A stretch of DNA of 64,000 nt, taken from Anditalea sp. GTDB lineage: Bacteria > Bacteroidota > Bacteroidia > Cytophagales > Cyclobacteriaceae. Positions 1 to 10,100 of the stretch are shown piece after piece; position 1 is the stretch's first letter; each line of letters starts with the position of its first letter. Location of the stretch: the NCBI GenBank assembly GCA_040905145.1, contig JBBDSC010000217.1, positions 6,935-70,934 of the forward strand, given 5' to 3'. A model generated the notes under the pieces. It was not told the DNA's origin. It worked only from the letters and a program-made list of their open reading frames with translations, and did no database searches. The position numbers and the translations under genes are program-made.

Positions 1-1
1 A

Positions 2-982
2 GCCTCCAATAAAAAATACACTGTTTTAACCCCTAGGGATTCTTCTCAAGCCCAGTTTTTCATTTATGAACCTAACAAAGTGGAATATGTGGTTTTTAAG
101 CTCGATGAACCGGATGTTTACAAAGAAGCAAAACCTGTGGAATTGAGAAGGAAGGAAGTAGGGGGTACTATCACACGTTCTCTGTATGTCAATATGGTGG
201 AGCAGGGGGTTGGTCCTGATTTGATAGATCAGTTTGCAGATTTGTACGGCTGGACAGTAGACTTTCAAAGGCTTCAGAAAGGGGATAAATTTAAAGTGGT
301 CTACAATGAAAAACTGGTAGATGGGATGGTAGTAGGTGTAGAAGAAATCCAGACGGCATATTTCGAGCATTTGGGGGAACCTACCCATGCGATCCCTTTT
401 GAGCAGAATGGTCATGTTTCGTTTTTTGATCAGGAAGGGAATAGCCTAAAAAAGGCCTTCTTGAGGGATCCCTTGAAATTTACCCGAATTAGTTCCAGAT
501 ATAACCTAAACAGGTTTCACCCTGTTCAGAAAAGGTATAAAGCACATCTGGGAACAGATTATGCGGCCCCAAGGGGTACGGAAATCCGATCAGTGGGTGA
601 CGGAACCGTGGTAGCAGCCAGTTATACGAGAGGGAACGGTAACTATGTCAAAATTAGGCACAACGGAACCTATAGTACCCAATATTTGCATATGTCCAAA
701 ATAGGAAAAGGCATTAAAACAGGGAAGAGGGTAAAGCAAGGCCAGGTGATAGGATATGTAGGTAGTACTGGTTTGGCTACGGGCCCTCATCTTTGTTTCC
801 GGTTTTGGAAACGTGGAAAGCAAGTGGATTGGTTAAGGGAAGAAATCCCACCTTCCGAACCCATCGCCCCTGAAAACAAATTGGCTTATGAGCGTGTGAT
901 GATGGAAAAATTGGATCAACTTGCGGCCATCCCTTATGTTGAGGCTCCTGATGAAACACAAGAGTTATTGACCAGTAAATAA
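2..982 (+). CDS. M23 family (LytM-type) metallopeptidase, 5' end outside window
   Basis: The frame is open from nt 2, so the listed GTG at 80 is internal. The signatures HLGTDYAAPRGT (HxxxD) and GSTGLATGPHLCF are visible. Confidence 0.85.
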   Translation, partial: ASNKKYTVLTPRDSSQAQFFIYEPNKVEYVVFKLDEPDVYKEAKPVELRRKEVGGTITRSLYVNMVEQGVGPDLIDQFADLYGWTVDFQRLQKGDKFKVVYNEKLVDGMVVGVEEIQTAYFEHLGEPTHAIPFEQNGHVSFFDQEGNSLKKAFLRDPLKFTRISSRYNLNRFHPVQKRYKAHLGTDYAAPRGTEIRSVGDGTVVAASYTRGNGNYVKIRHNGTYSTQYLHMSKIGKGIKTGKRVKQGQVIGYVGSTGLATGPHLCFRFWKRGKQVDWLREEIPPSEPIAPENKLAYERVMMEKLDQLAAIPYVEAPDETQELLTSK

Positions 983-1216
983 CATTCTTTCGATAGCAGG
1001 CAAAGGCATGGACATGATGGCCACACCCGATCTATAAAACTACGAAAACAAAAATATAGCTTACCGTTGTCGCGCGTTTGCAACGAGTAACGGCTAAAGT
1101 TGAGTCTGTGACTCATTACATGAGCCGGTTTGATAAGAGGCTCCATGGTTAAGGGTCCAACCCAGAATGGGTTGGATAAATATTTCTGCGAGACTCACCC
1201 GATAAAGAATCGGACC

Positions 1217-1315
1217 AAAAAAGCTAACCATAAGGATCACAAAGGTTTGCCCTAAGTTCCACAAAGCCTTCGTGTTACTACTTTTTGCGGCCATTGTGCA
1301 CTTAGTGGTTTAAAA
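1217..1315. repeat. Intergenic palindromic word repeat (copy 1 of the pair 1217-1315 / 42811-42908)
   Basis: AAAAAGCTAACCATAAGGATCACAAAGG...TTCCACAAAGCCTTCGTGTT...GTGCACTTAGTGGTTTAAAA aligns by eye with 42811-42908. The termini are of TAACCA / TGGTT(T)A type. Confidence 0.6.
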
Positions 1316-1481
1316 ACTAGGCACTATATGTTTAACAAGATTGTAAAACAGACCGCCAATCTTATCATTTGACCATCAGTAGAATTAAAGAGGAAGAAGC
1401 AAACTTTGTCAACCTTTGCTTTTGAATTTTGGCCAACAAAACATATTTTTAACGTTTTATTATTTATAAACCCGATTAATA

Positions 1482-4400
1482 ATGCCCAAAAGTGGAAAAA
1501 AGAACACCAAAAGATCACTTAAAACTTTTGGTATAATATTGATGGCTTTATGTGCATTTCAATGTACCCAACCTGATTCCAATGCACTAAAAATTGAAAA
1601 AGGCTCTCACATTGTCTTAATTGGGAACAACCTTGGATCAAGGATGATGAATTATGGTTATTTTGAAACCGAAATGCATCTCCGTTATCCAGACAGTTTG
1701 CTGTATATCAGAAATATGAGTGATGGGGGAAATACTCCGGGTTTCCGGCCCCATTCAGGCCGAAACTCCCCCTGGGCTTTTCCAGGTGCGGAAAATTTTC
1801 AGACGGAACTTGCTACAAATTCAGGCAGTATAGGTCATTTTGAAACCCCCGACGAATGGCTTACCCGACTTGAGGCTGATGTTATCATCGCTTTTTTTGG
1901 ATATAATGAATCTTTTCAAGGACCAGAGGGGCTCAAAAACTACAAGGGAGAGCTTGATGCTTTTATCCAACATACTTTAAGCCAAAGCTACAATGGGGAT
2001 ACCGCATCAGTTCAACTGGCAGTGGTCTCCCCCATCGCCTTTGAGAACCTTTCCGATCAGTATGATCTTCCAAATGGCCAACAGGAAAATGAAAACCTGG
2101 CGCTTTATACAGAGGCTATGAAAGAAATAGCGGCCAAAAACGACGTGCTCTTTGTTGATGCCTTTAACCCTTCCAAAGAATGGTATGAATCCAGTGACGA
2201 ACCCTTGACCATCGATGGTTTTCAGCTCAATGATGAAGGCTATGCTAAATTTTCTACCTTATTGACCAATCAGATTTTTGGTAAATCAAAGATCAAGGCA
2301 GAAGAACATCGCGAGTTGGTCCATGCTGCTGTCCTTGAAAAAAATTGGATGTGGCACAATGATTATAAAATACCAAATGGTGTTCACGTCTTCGGCCGGC
2401 GCTATGACCCTTTCGGACCAGATAATTATCCTGCTGAAATTAAAAAAATCCGTGAAATGACCGCAATCAGAGACGAAGCAATCTGGCGTGCGGTCAAAGG
2501 GGAGAAAATGGATATCCGCTCTGAGGATCAAAAAACAACTCAGCTTCCCCCTGTAGATACCAATTATAAACTTGATGAAAAAAGCGGTCCTCCGGAGTAC
2601 CTGTATGGAGAAGAAGCTCTTGATCAAATTAATGTCGCTCCAGGATATAAAATTGAACTTTTTGCTTCTGAAGAAGAATTTACCGATTTGGCAAATCCTG
2701 TTCAGTTATCCTTTGATAATAAAGGTCGCCTCTGGGTAGCGACCATGCCAAGCTATCCTCATTATAGACCCGGTGACGAGAAACCCAATGATAAACTGAT
2801 CATCCTTGAAGATACAGATGGCGATGGTAAAGCTGACAAACAAACCACTTTTGCTGATGGCCTTCATCTTCCTGTGGGGTTTGAGCTCGCACCGGAAGGG
2901 GTTTATATTTCTCAGGGGACTAACCTGAAACTTTATAAGGATACGGACGGTGATGATAAGGCTGATACCAATGAAATCCTTTTAAGTGGTTTTGACGATC
3001 ATGACACCCACCATGCGCACAGTGCCTATACCGCGGATCCTTCGGGGGCCATTTATATGGGCGAGGGGGTTTTCCTACATACCAACGTGGAAACTCCTTA
3101 TGGTCCAGTCCGTGCTACCAATGGAGGTTTTTACCGCTATAATCCGCAACGACATCATCTTGAACGAACCGCCCAGCTTTCCATCCCCAATCCCTGGGGC
3201 ATCGCATTTGATGAATGGGGGCAGAATTTCTTTGCGGAAACTTCCGGTCCGGATGTTCGCTGGATGATGCCCGGATCTGTTAAATCAAGGTATGGTGTGG
3301 CCACCCATAAATCAACGAACTTAATTGAAGATAAGCATAGAGTACGTCCTACTTCTGGCCTTGAGTTTGTCTCCAGCCGTCATTTTCCGGATGATGTGCA
3401 AGGGGATTTGCTTATCAACAACACCATAGGCTTTTTAGGGACCAAGCAACACACGATGGTAGACGATGGGATCGGTTATGAAAGTAAACACCGCCAAGAC
3501 CTGGTGAAGGGAGATGACAAAAACTTCCGCCCGGTAGACATGGAATTTGCCCCTGACGGCTCCCTTTATATCGTTGATTGGCACAATGTGCTGATCGGCC
3601 ATATGCAACACAATGCCAGGGACCCGCTCCGCGACCACGTACACGGTCGCATTTACCGCATCACTTATCCATCCCGTCCATTGGTTGAACCCGCTAAAGT
3701 GGACGGTGCAAGCATAGAAGAGCTTTTGGACAATCTCAAGCTTCCGGAATTCAGGACCCGTTACCGCACGCGTCGAGAACTTCGTGGCCGGGATGCATCG
3801 GAAGTGCTTTCCCATATTACGACATGGGTGGCCAATCTGGACAAGAACGATCCTAAATATGAACACCACTTGACAGAGGCATTATGGGTGAGCTGGGGGC
3901 TTAACCAAGTAGACGAATCATTGCTCCGTCAGGTGCTGAATGCCAAAGATTATCACGCCAGGGCCGCTGCCGCTCGGGTGTTGCGCTATACAGGTCATCA
4001 GGTAGCCGATCAGGCGGATTTATTGATGCAGGCAGCCAAGGATGATCATGGCCGGGTACGCTTGGAAGCATTGGTGGCCGCCTCTTGGCTGGATCCGGAA
4101 AAGGGCCTGCCCATTGTCATCGAAGCCGGTAAAAAACCAATGGATGAATGGATGGTCCATGCCCATGAAACAGCGCTGGCACATCTTAATGGACATGCAG
4201 TGGGAGAGGAAAAAGCAGGGTTAGTCGAGACCGAACTTAAAGGACCTGAACGTGACCTTTTTGTCGATGGAAAAGAAATATACGCCCGGGATGGGTACTG
4301 TATTACCTGCCATCAACCTGATGGTAAAGGGCTTGTAGCATCCGGTTTCCCTCCGCTCAACGGTACAGTGTGGGTAGAGGGAAATGAGGAACGGCTGATC

Positions 4401-4661
4401 AAGCTTACCTTAAAAGGTCTCTTGGGTCCCATTGAAGTATTGGGTGAAGAATATCCCGGACAAGTTCCCATGACTCCTTTTGGAGGCTTGCTCAATGACG
4501 ATGAAATGGCAGCTGTTCTGACTTATGTGCGCAATTCATTTGGCAACAAGGCTTCTGTCATTTCTCCTGAAAAAGTAAAAGAAGTACGTGCCGCTATTAA
4601 AGATAAAACGGGATTTTATTCTCCTGAAGAGCTGCTGAAAGAGCATCCCCTTGAGGAGTAA
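1482..4661 (+). CDS. PVC-type heme-binding CxxCH protein (SGNH-like N-terminus, membrane-bound-dehydrogenase-type beta-propeller, HEAT region, C-terminal cytochrome c)
   Basis: 1059 aa with a leader ending in Cys. DTDGDGKAD and DTDGDDKAD propeller loops are present. The C-terminal c-type heme motif CITCH is followed by a Met-containing segment (VPMTPF). Confidence 0.8.
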   Translation: MPKSGKKNTKRSLKTFGIILMALCAFQCTQPDSNALKIEKGSHIVLIGNNLGSRMMNYGYFETEMHLRYPDSLLYIRNMSDGGNTPGFRPHSGRNSPWAFPGAENFQTELATNSGSIGHFETPDEWLTRLEADVIIAFFGYNESFQGPEGLKNYKGELDAFIQHTLSQSYNGDTASVQLAVVSPIAFENLSDQYDLPNGQQENENLALYTEAMKEIAAKNDVLFVDAFNPSKEWYESSDEPLTIDGFQLNDEGYAKFSTLLTNQIFGKSKIKAEEHRELVHAAVLEKNWMWHNDYKIPNGVHVFGRRYDPFGPDNYPAEIKKIREMTAIRDEAIWRAVKGEKMDIRSEDQKTTQLPPVDTNYKLDEKSGPPEYLYGEEALDQINVAPGYKIELFASEEEFTDLANPVQLSFDNKGRLWVATMPSYPHYRPGDEKPNDKLIILEDTDGDGKADKQTTFADGLHLPVGFELAPEGVYISQGTNLKLYKDTDGDDKADTNEILLSGFDDHDTHHAHSAYTADPSGAIYMGEGVFLHTNVETPYGPVRATNGGFYRYNPQRHHLERTAQLSIPNPWGIAFDEWGQNFFAETSGPDVRWMMPGSVKSRYGVATHKSTNLIEDKHRVRPTSGLEFVSSRHFPDDVQGDLLINNTIGFLGTKQHTMVDDGIGYESKHRQDLVKGDDKNFRPVDMEFAPDGSLYIVDWHNVLIGHMQHNARDPLRDHVHGRIYRITYPSRPLVEPAKVDGASIEELLDNLKLPEFRTRYRTRRELRGRDASEVLSHITTWVANLDKNDPKYEHHLTEALWVSWGLNQVDESLLRQVLNAKDYHARAAAARVLRYTGHQVADQADLLMQAAKDDHGRVRLEALVAASWLDPEKGLPIVIEAGKKPMDEWMVHAHETALAHLNGHAVGEEKAGLVETELKGPERDLFVDGKEIYARDGYCITCHQPDGKGLVASGFPPLNGTVWVEGNEERLIKLTLKGLLGPIEVLGEEYPGQVPMTPFGGLLNDDEMAAVLTYVRNSFGNKASVISPEKVKEVRAAIKDKTGFYSPEELLKEHPLEE

Positions 4662-4858
4662 ATGCAGACGGAAATGGAATAGTGGAATAATGGAAAGAAT
4701 AAAATTAGAAATTATAAATTCCGTTATGGAAATGAAATAACCCCTGGGTTTTATTCGTAGGAATCCATGGATTCGTAAAAAAATGTAAGGAGGATGGGGG
4801 ACGGGCAAAAGTAGCGGAGGGAACAAATATTCCCGGTTGAATTGACTATATTTAGGCA

Positions 4859-5212
4859 ATGAGGGCGACGGAGATAATAGAAAAACTGCACAAGGTAAAT
4901 TTCACCGATGAGCAGGCACGTACTATAGCAGATATATTGGAGAGCTACGGGGAGAAGTATACCTCCAAGAAACACATGGAAACGGCAACGGGGAACTTGA
5001 GGGTGGCCCTGGAGGCAAAATTGGAAAAAACAAAGCTCGAACTACAAAAGGAACTGGAAAAAACAAAGCTTGAACTACAAAATGAACTGGAAAAAGCAAA
5101 GCTTGAACTACAAAAAGAGATAAGCCAGTCCAAATTCGACCTTGTCAAATGGATCGTTGCCGGGGTGGTCGCCAATGGGATCGTGGCCACCATACTCAAA
5201 TATTTGGGGTAA
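4859..5212 (+). CDS. Small coiled-coil protein with C-terminal membrane anchor (DUF1640-like)
   Basis: 117 aa. Three LEKTKLELQKE heptad-like repeats precede a hydrophobic tail, WIVAGVVANGIVATILKYLG. Confidence 0.5.
   Translation: MRATEIIEKLHKVNFTDEQARTIADILESYGEKYTSKKHMETATGNLRVALEAKLEKTKLELQKELEKTKLELQNELEKAKLELQKEISQSKFDLVKWIVAGVVANGIVATILKYLG
5021..5119 (+). repeat. 33-bp tandem repeat x3 inside the coiled-coil gene
   Basis: The units 5021-5053, 5054-5086 and 5087-5119 (CTGGAAAAAACAAAGCTTGAACTACAAAA-GAA) differ at only a few positions. Confidence 0.85.
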
Positions 5213-5246
5213 CCATTAACAAATATATTGGTCTAAAGCCAACTTC

Positions 5247-8200
5247 CTACTTAGCAACTTCTTTGGGCAGTTTGTTGAATTGCCGCTGAAAGCACTTGGC
5301 AAAATAGGAAGGAGAACTGAATCCTACCATCTCACTGACTTCCGTTATATTATACTGTCCTTTATGAAGCAATTCAGCTGCCCTTTTCAGCCTTACCAGC
5401 TTAATATAGCCATTGGGTGTAAGCTCTGAGATACCCTTGATTTTTCGGAGCAGGCTGGACTGGCTCATATTCATGGCTTCGGCAAGTTCGCTGACGCCAA
5501 ACAATTCGTTGGACATGTTTTCCAATATGATGTTATTTGCCTCTTGCAGAAACTGTTCATCCGCCTGCGTATGGGCAATGATATCAGCATTGACCAAAGG
5601 TTGGCTCGCAAAGGCTTTTCTGATCTGATCCCGGTAATGGAGCAGATTCTTTACCTGAAGGCTGAGATATTCCATCGAAAATGGCTTTTCAATATACACA
5701 TCAGCTCCCATTTCAAGCCCCTCTAGTTTTGATTGCAAGGTGCTTTTTGCTGTCAATAAAATGATTGGAATATGGCTGTAATTGATATCGGATTTAATGG
5801 CTTTGCACAAATGAAACCCGTCCATCACAGGCATCATCACATCACTGATGACCAAGTCAATGGGCTTTTCATCCAGGATCTTCAAACCTTGTTCCCCGTT
5901 CTCGGCTTTGTGAACATGATAATGGGATTTAAACTGGCGATGAAGGAATTTTTGAAGTTCATTATTGTCCTCTATTAGCAAAAGTGCAGGTTTGCTGGTT
6001 TCTAAGTTCTCTTTTCCTGTAGGCATTGCCCCATAAGTTTCCTCTTCTTCTGGGAAAGTTCCGATAATTTGTATAACATTTTTTTGCTGGAGGGGCAGTT
6101 CCAACACAAAGGTGTTCAGCTCTTCTCCAGAACAGTCTTCCAGATATAGATTTCCATTATGCATCTCAGCAAGGGAAAGTGCCAGGGGGAGTCCCAGCCC
6201 TGTTCCCGTATTGGGCCTGTCATTGCCGTTTCCGTCAATTTGAAAGAAGGGTTCAAAAATTTTGTCCCTAAATGAGGGTTCTATTATTCTGCCGTCATTA
6301 CTTACGGTGATTTTGAATTTTTTATCCCTGATCGTACCGGCGGTCAGGTTTATCTGGACGATGCTTTCGGCATTCTTGATGGCATTGGAAAAGAGGTTGC
6401 TGAGTATTTTGGTCAAGGCTTCCCGGTCCACATCGGCGAAAAACGGATCAATATTCTTATGGAGGAAAAAATTAATGGATTGCTGGTTGGCACTGCTTTT
6501 AAACCGGATATATATTTCATCCATTAAATGGCCAATTTCTGTCCTTACAAAATTAAGGGAGAAGCCTTTTTTCTCTGTTTTTCTAAAATCCAACAATTGA
6601 TTGCTCAAATCAATTAACCTGTTGGTATTCTTGTTCATTGTCCAAAGGTTTTCCTTAAGTTCTTGGTCGTATGAATTCTCTTTCTTGAGCAAATATTCCA
6701 ATGGGCTTTTGATCAAGGTCAGGGGCGTCCTTATTTCATGGGTAATATTTGTGAAAAAAGCGATTTTAGATTCATAGATTTCTTTTTCCTTTTCGTCTTC
6801 AAATGATTTGAGTGCCAATTCGTGCTTTTTGTTGATCCGCTTATTATAAGCATTGATGATAGTATAGCTACCCAAGACAAAGAGTAGGGTATAGAGAGCA
6901 TATGCCCAGTTTGTTTTCCAGAAAGGGGGCAGAACAGTAATGTCCAATGTAGCTTCCTTGGTGCTCCAATCACCAAAAACATTGGCGACTTTGACCCTTA
7001 ATTGATATTCACCGGGAGGCAGGTGGGAATAATGGATTCTTTGATTTTGGTCCATATAGGTCCAGTCCCTGTCAAATCCTTCCATTTTAAAGGCGTAGGA
7101 AAGGGAATTGGGGGCGGTATAGCTCAATGCTGCAAAATCAAAATTCAGTGAAGTCTGATCATGGGCCAAATTGATTTGCTGGGTGTTGATAATGGACCGA
7201 TTCAAAATCGGCTTGCTCCCGCCTATTTGAACAGGATCATTGGATACCTGTATCCCAGTAAAAACAATAGGCGGTTCAAAATGGTATGATTTGAAATGGG
7301 CGGGATTAAAGGAAATAAAACCACCCAAAGTGCCAAAGTAGAGGGTGCCGTCATCCGCCGCTATCCCTGATTTATAATTAAAAGGACTGTTGATCAGTCC
7401 ACTATCTTTGGTAAAAATACGGTATTCTTCGGTAGTAGGGTTGAATTCTAAAAGCCCCTTACTGCATGACATCCATAATTGGCCGGAGGAATCCTCTAGG
7501 ATTTTGTAGATTTTGTTGGCGGGAAAACCGTTTTTGGTGTTGTAGCAACGGAATGAATCACTTTGTTGATCATACCTACAAAACCCCCCGCCTTCTGTCG
7601 AAACCCAGATCCTGTCCTGGCTGTCCTCATACAGGCTGATGATAGAATGGTGGGAAAGACTGCCTGGATTTTGGGGATCAGGTTCAAAATACCTGGCTTT
7701 ATGGCTGGATGGATCAAATTTTACCAGTCCGTTATACCGGGTACCCAGCCATAGATCTCCCGCTTGGTCTTCAATGATGTCATGGACAAACACATGACCG
7801 ACCTCCTCTATCAAGTCAGAGGTACCGGATCGGGGATCATAAAGAAAAAGTTCATCAACGGTTCCCAACCATATCTGGTCCCTGCGGTCCACCAGAATGG
7901 AAAAAATATCGCTGTCCTGGAAATTACCTTCCTTATCCACTATTTTATGTTCTTCAATCCATCTATTGTCGGTGTTCAGAATATTAATTCCCTGGCTCCA
8001 TACGCCAATCAGCAGTTCATTTTTATTCATGGCCAAGCCATGGATATTATGATAGGAAATACTTCCTGGCTGTCCTGTAGGTTGATAGGGTGTAAATGTT
8101 GTTGTTTTAGGGTCAAAGTGGTTCAATCCTGCATCCTCAGTTCCTATCCACAGTGTTCCATCATCTCCTTGGACAAATTCCCTTACCCTTTTTCCACTAA

Positions 8201-9287
8201 TGGTATTGGCATTGGTAATGGGGTAATACTTTTCGAATTTGATAGGCTGATTGGGAAGGAAATTAATCCCGCCAAAATAAGTGCCTAACCAAATCCCTCC
8301 CTCCCGGTCCTGTTCGATCACATAGAGGGCATTGTCGGCAAGTGAAAAGGGGTCATTGTTATTGTGTTTTAAATTCTGGAATTCCCCTGTTTTCAAATCG
8401 TAAATAAACAGCCCGGATTCGGTGGTGATCCAAAGCTCATTTTCTTTAATGAATTGAAAATCCCTCACATAGATTTCGTTGCCTTCCTTGTCCCTGTTCA
8501 GCAGGTCCTTGAATTTTCCCGTGGACTTGTCCATGCTCTTGAGGCCGGCACTCTTGGTTCCGATCAATATGGAGGGTCCATTATCGAGAAGCCCGAAAAC
8601 ATATTCTTTTCTCAACAATTCTTCCTCATCCAAATATTCCACAAAACTCTCCGAACCTTCAATAAATTTATGTACCCCTTGCCCTACAACCCCGACCCAT
8701 ATTTGTCCTTCGTGATCCACCATGACACTGGAAATATATCCCGGCGAGAGGCTTCCTTCCCTGTTGTTGTTATGGGTAAATTGTTTTAATTCCTGCTTGG
8801 CGCCATTAAACCTGAACAGTCCGTTGATGTTTTCGGCAATCCAGATATTCCCTTCGAGATCTTTTTTGATGTCCGAAATAGATCCATTTATCTGTGATCC
8901 TTTATCCGAAAGTGATTGAAACCTGGTGAATTTTTCGGTTGCCGTGTCGTAAATGTACACTCCCTCTGAGGTGCCCACCCATATACGGCCTTCATTGTCT
9001 TCGCACAATTCATAGATTAAATTGTTGCCGAGGCCGTTTTCGATTTCCGACTCGGTATTGAAGACCTTGAAAGTATGCCCGTCATACCTGTTGAGGCCGT
9101 TTTTTGTCCCAAACCACATAAAACCCTCTCGGTCTTGTAAAATGGAAAAAACAGTGTTGTCTGATAACCCTTCCTTCATGTCCAGATTTTCAAAGTAAAG
9201 GTTTTGGTCAGCACCCCTTGCAGCAAATAACGCGGAAACAAAAAAAATCAATGTGCAAAAGTATTTTATGGCATTCAATGGCTTCAT
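5247..9287 (-). CDS. Hybrid two-component system regulator (beta-propeller/Y_Y_Y sensor, histidine kinase, receiver, AraC-type HTH)
   Basis: 1346 aa. Visible elements are the H-box HEIRTPLT, the receiver DLVISDVMMPVMDG and the C-terminal AraC HTH (SPSYFAKCFQRQF). The long N-terminal region carries repeated W.GT motifs. Confidence 0.9.
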   Translation of the reverse strand: MKPLNAIKYFCTLIFFVSALFAARGADQNLYFENLDMKEGLSDNTVFSILQDREGFMWFGTKNGLNRYDGHTFKVFNTESEIENGLGNNLIYELCEDNEGRIWVGTSEGVYIYDTATEKFTRFQSLSDKGSQINGSISDIKKDLEGNIWIAENINGLFRFNGAKQELKQFTHNNNREGSLSPGYISSVMVDHEGQIWVGVVGQGVHKFIEGSESFVEYLDEEELLRKEYVFGLLDNGPSILIGTKSAGLKSMDKSTGKFKDLLNRDKEGNEIYVRDFQFIKENELWITTESGLFIYDLKTGEFQNLKHNNNDPFSLADNALYVIEQDREGGIWLGTYFGGINFLPNQPIKFEKYYPITNANTISGKRVREFVQGDDGTLWIGTEDAGLNHFDPKTTTFTPYQPTGQPGSISYHNIHGLAMNKNELLIGVWSQGINILNTDNRWIEEHKIVDKEGNFQDSDIFSILVDRRDQIWLGTVDELFLYDPRSGTSDLIEEVGHVFVHDIIEDQAGDLWLGTRYNGLVKFDPSSHKARYFEPDPQNPGSLSHHSIISLYEDSQDRIWVSTEGGGFCRYDQQSDSFRCYNTKNGFPANKIYKILEDSSGQLWMSCSKGLLEFNPTTEEYRIFTKDSGLINSPFNYKSGIAADDGTLYFGTLGGFISFNPAHFKSYHFEPPIVFTGIQVSNDPVQIGGSKPILNRSIINTQQINLAHDQTSLNFDFAALSYTAPNSLSYAFKMEGFDRDWTYMDQNQRIHYSHLPPGEYQLRVKVANVFGDWSTKEATLDITVLPPFWKTNWAYALYTLLFVLGSYTIINAYNKRINKKHELALKSFEDEKEKEIYESKIAFFTNITHEIRTPLTLIKSPLEYLLKKENSYDQELKENLWTMNKNTNRLIDLSNQLLDFRKTEKKGFSLNFVRTEIGHLMDEIYIRFKSSANQQSINFFLHKNIDPFFADVDREALTKILSNLFSNAIKNAESIVQINLTAGTIRDKKFKITVSNDGRIIEPSFRDKIFEPFFQIDGNGNDRPNTGTGLGLPLALSLAEMHNGNLYLEDCSGEELNTFVLELPLQQKNVIQIIGTFPEEEETYGAMPTGKENLETSKPALLLIEDNNELQKFLHRQFKSHYHVHKAENGEQGLKILDEKPIDLVISDVMMPVMDGFHLCKAIKSDINYSHIPIILLTAKSTLQSKLEGLEMGADVYIEKPFSMEYLSLQVKNLLHYRDQIRKAFASQPLVNADIIAHTQADEQFLQEANNIILENMSNELFGVSELAEAMNMSQSSLLRKIKGISELTPNGYIKLVRLKRAAELLHKGQYNITEVSEMVGFSSPSYFAKCFQRQFNKLPKEVAK

Positions 9288-9626
9288 TCGTATTGTAATT
9301 TATGTTGGCCCGCTCCTTAATATGATTGGGTTATGAAGCGATTGATCTGGCCCTATTAATCAGTATGCTAATATGCATCATGGTAAGCTGTAAAAATAGT
9401 CAGTTTCTCCTTTCTTTAATATTTAAATGTTTTTCTAAATAAAAAAGGACGGATTTTTATCCTTTTATGAAGGAAATATGATAAGCTATTGAACCATTGC
9501 CGGCTATTTTTACAAAAATGACTTACTGTCCCTTTGGAGAAAAAGAAGCGAGGTTGATTATTCTTTCGAAATCTTGTTAATAGCTAGCATAAAATAAAAA
9601 TTAACCTAATCCTAAAAATGACATGA

Positions 9627-10049
9627 GAAAAAATTTGGCCGGATCCCAATGCCATTGGCAACGAGCACGGAAACGATGAGCCTGAAATCAGATATGCCGA
9701 TATATTATTATCCAGAGCAGAGGCCTTGAATGAACTGAACGGGCCCAACCAAGAGTCTATAGACTTGATCAATCAGGTTAGATTGCGGGCTGGACTATCA
9801 TCAGAATTATTGGCTGTAGGGGATTTTAGTACTAAGGAAGCACTTAGAGAACATTTATTGAATGAGAGAGCTTGGGAGTTTTACGGCGAAGTAGGCATTC
9901 GAAGAGAAGATCAGATCAGGATGGGGACTTTTATCTCTTCGGCAATAGAAAGAGGACATACCAATGCCCAACCATTTAGGGTAGTTTTCCCTATTCCCCA
10001 GGCAGCGATAGATGCAGACCCAAATCTGGTACAGAATGAAAATTATTAA
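9627..10049 (+). pseudogene. SusD/RagB C-terminal remnant (about the last 140 codons only)
   Basis: The frame opens just after a TGA at 9624-9626 and has no ATG. It reads ..RYADILLSRAEALNELNG..ERAWEFYGE..FPIPQAAIDADPNLVQNENY. There is no SusC upstream. Confidence 0.75.
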
Positions 10050-10100
10050 TTAACTTCTTTTATTAAATAATCTCATGAAAAAAGAATCGATTGTAAAGGG

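Noticed and set aside
1040-1216. Possible cobalamin or other riboswitch on the minus strand (GCGACAACGGTAAGC resembles part of a B12 element).
   Set aside because: No B12 box or other core elements were found. There is also no downstream minus-strand gene to regulate, because the next gene is convergent.
2286-2627. 113-aa minus-strand ORF inside the 1482-4661 gene. Similar antisense ORFs occur at 3435-3869, 18400-18879, 19731-20048, 30449-31036, 35217-35720, 40812-41486, 52326-52808 and 7764-8288.
   Set aside because: Each lies entirely within a long ORF that has clear family signatures on the other strand. Their translations are low-complexity or lack motifs. They are treated as shadow ORFs.
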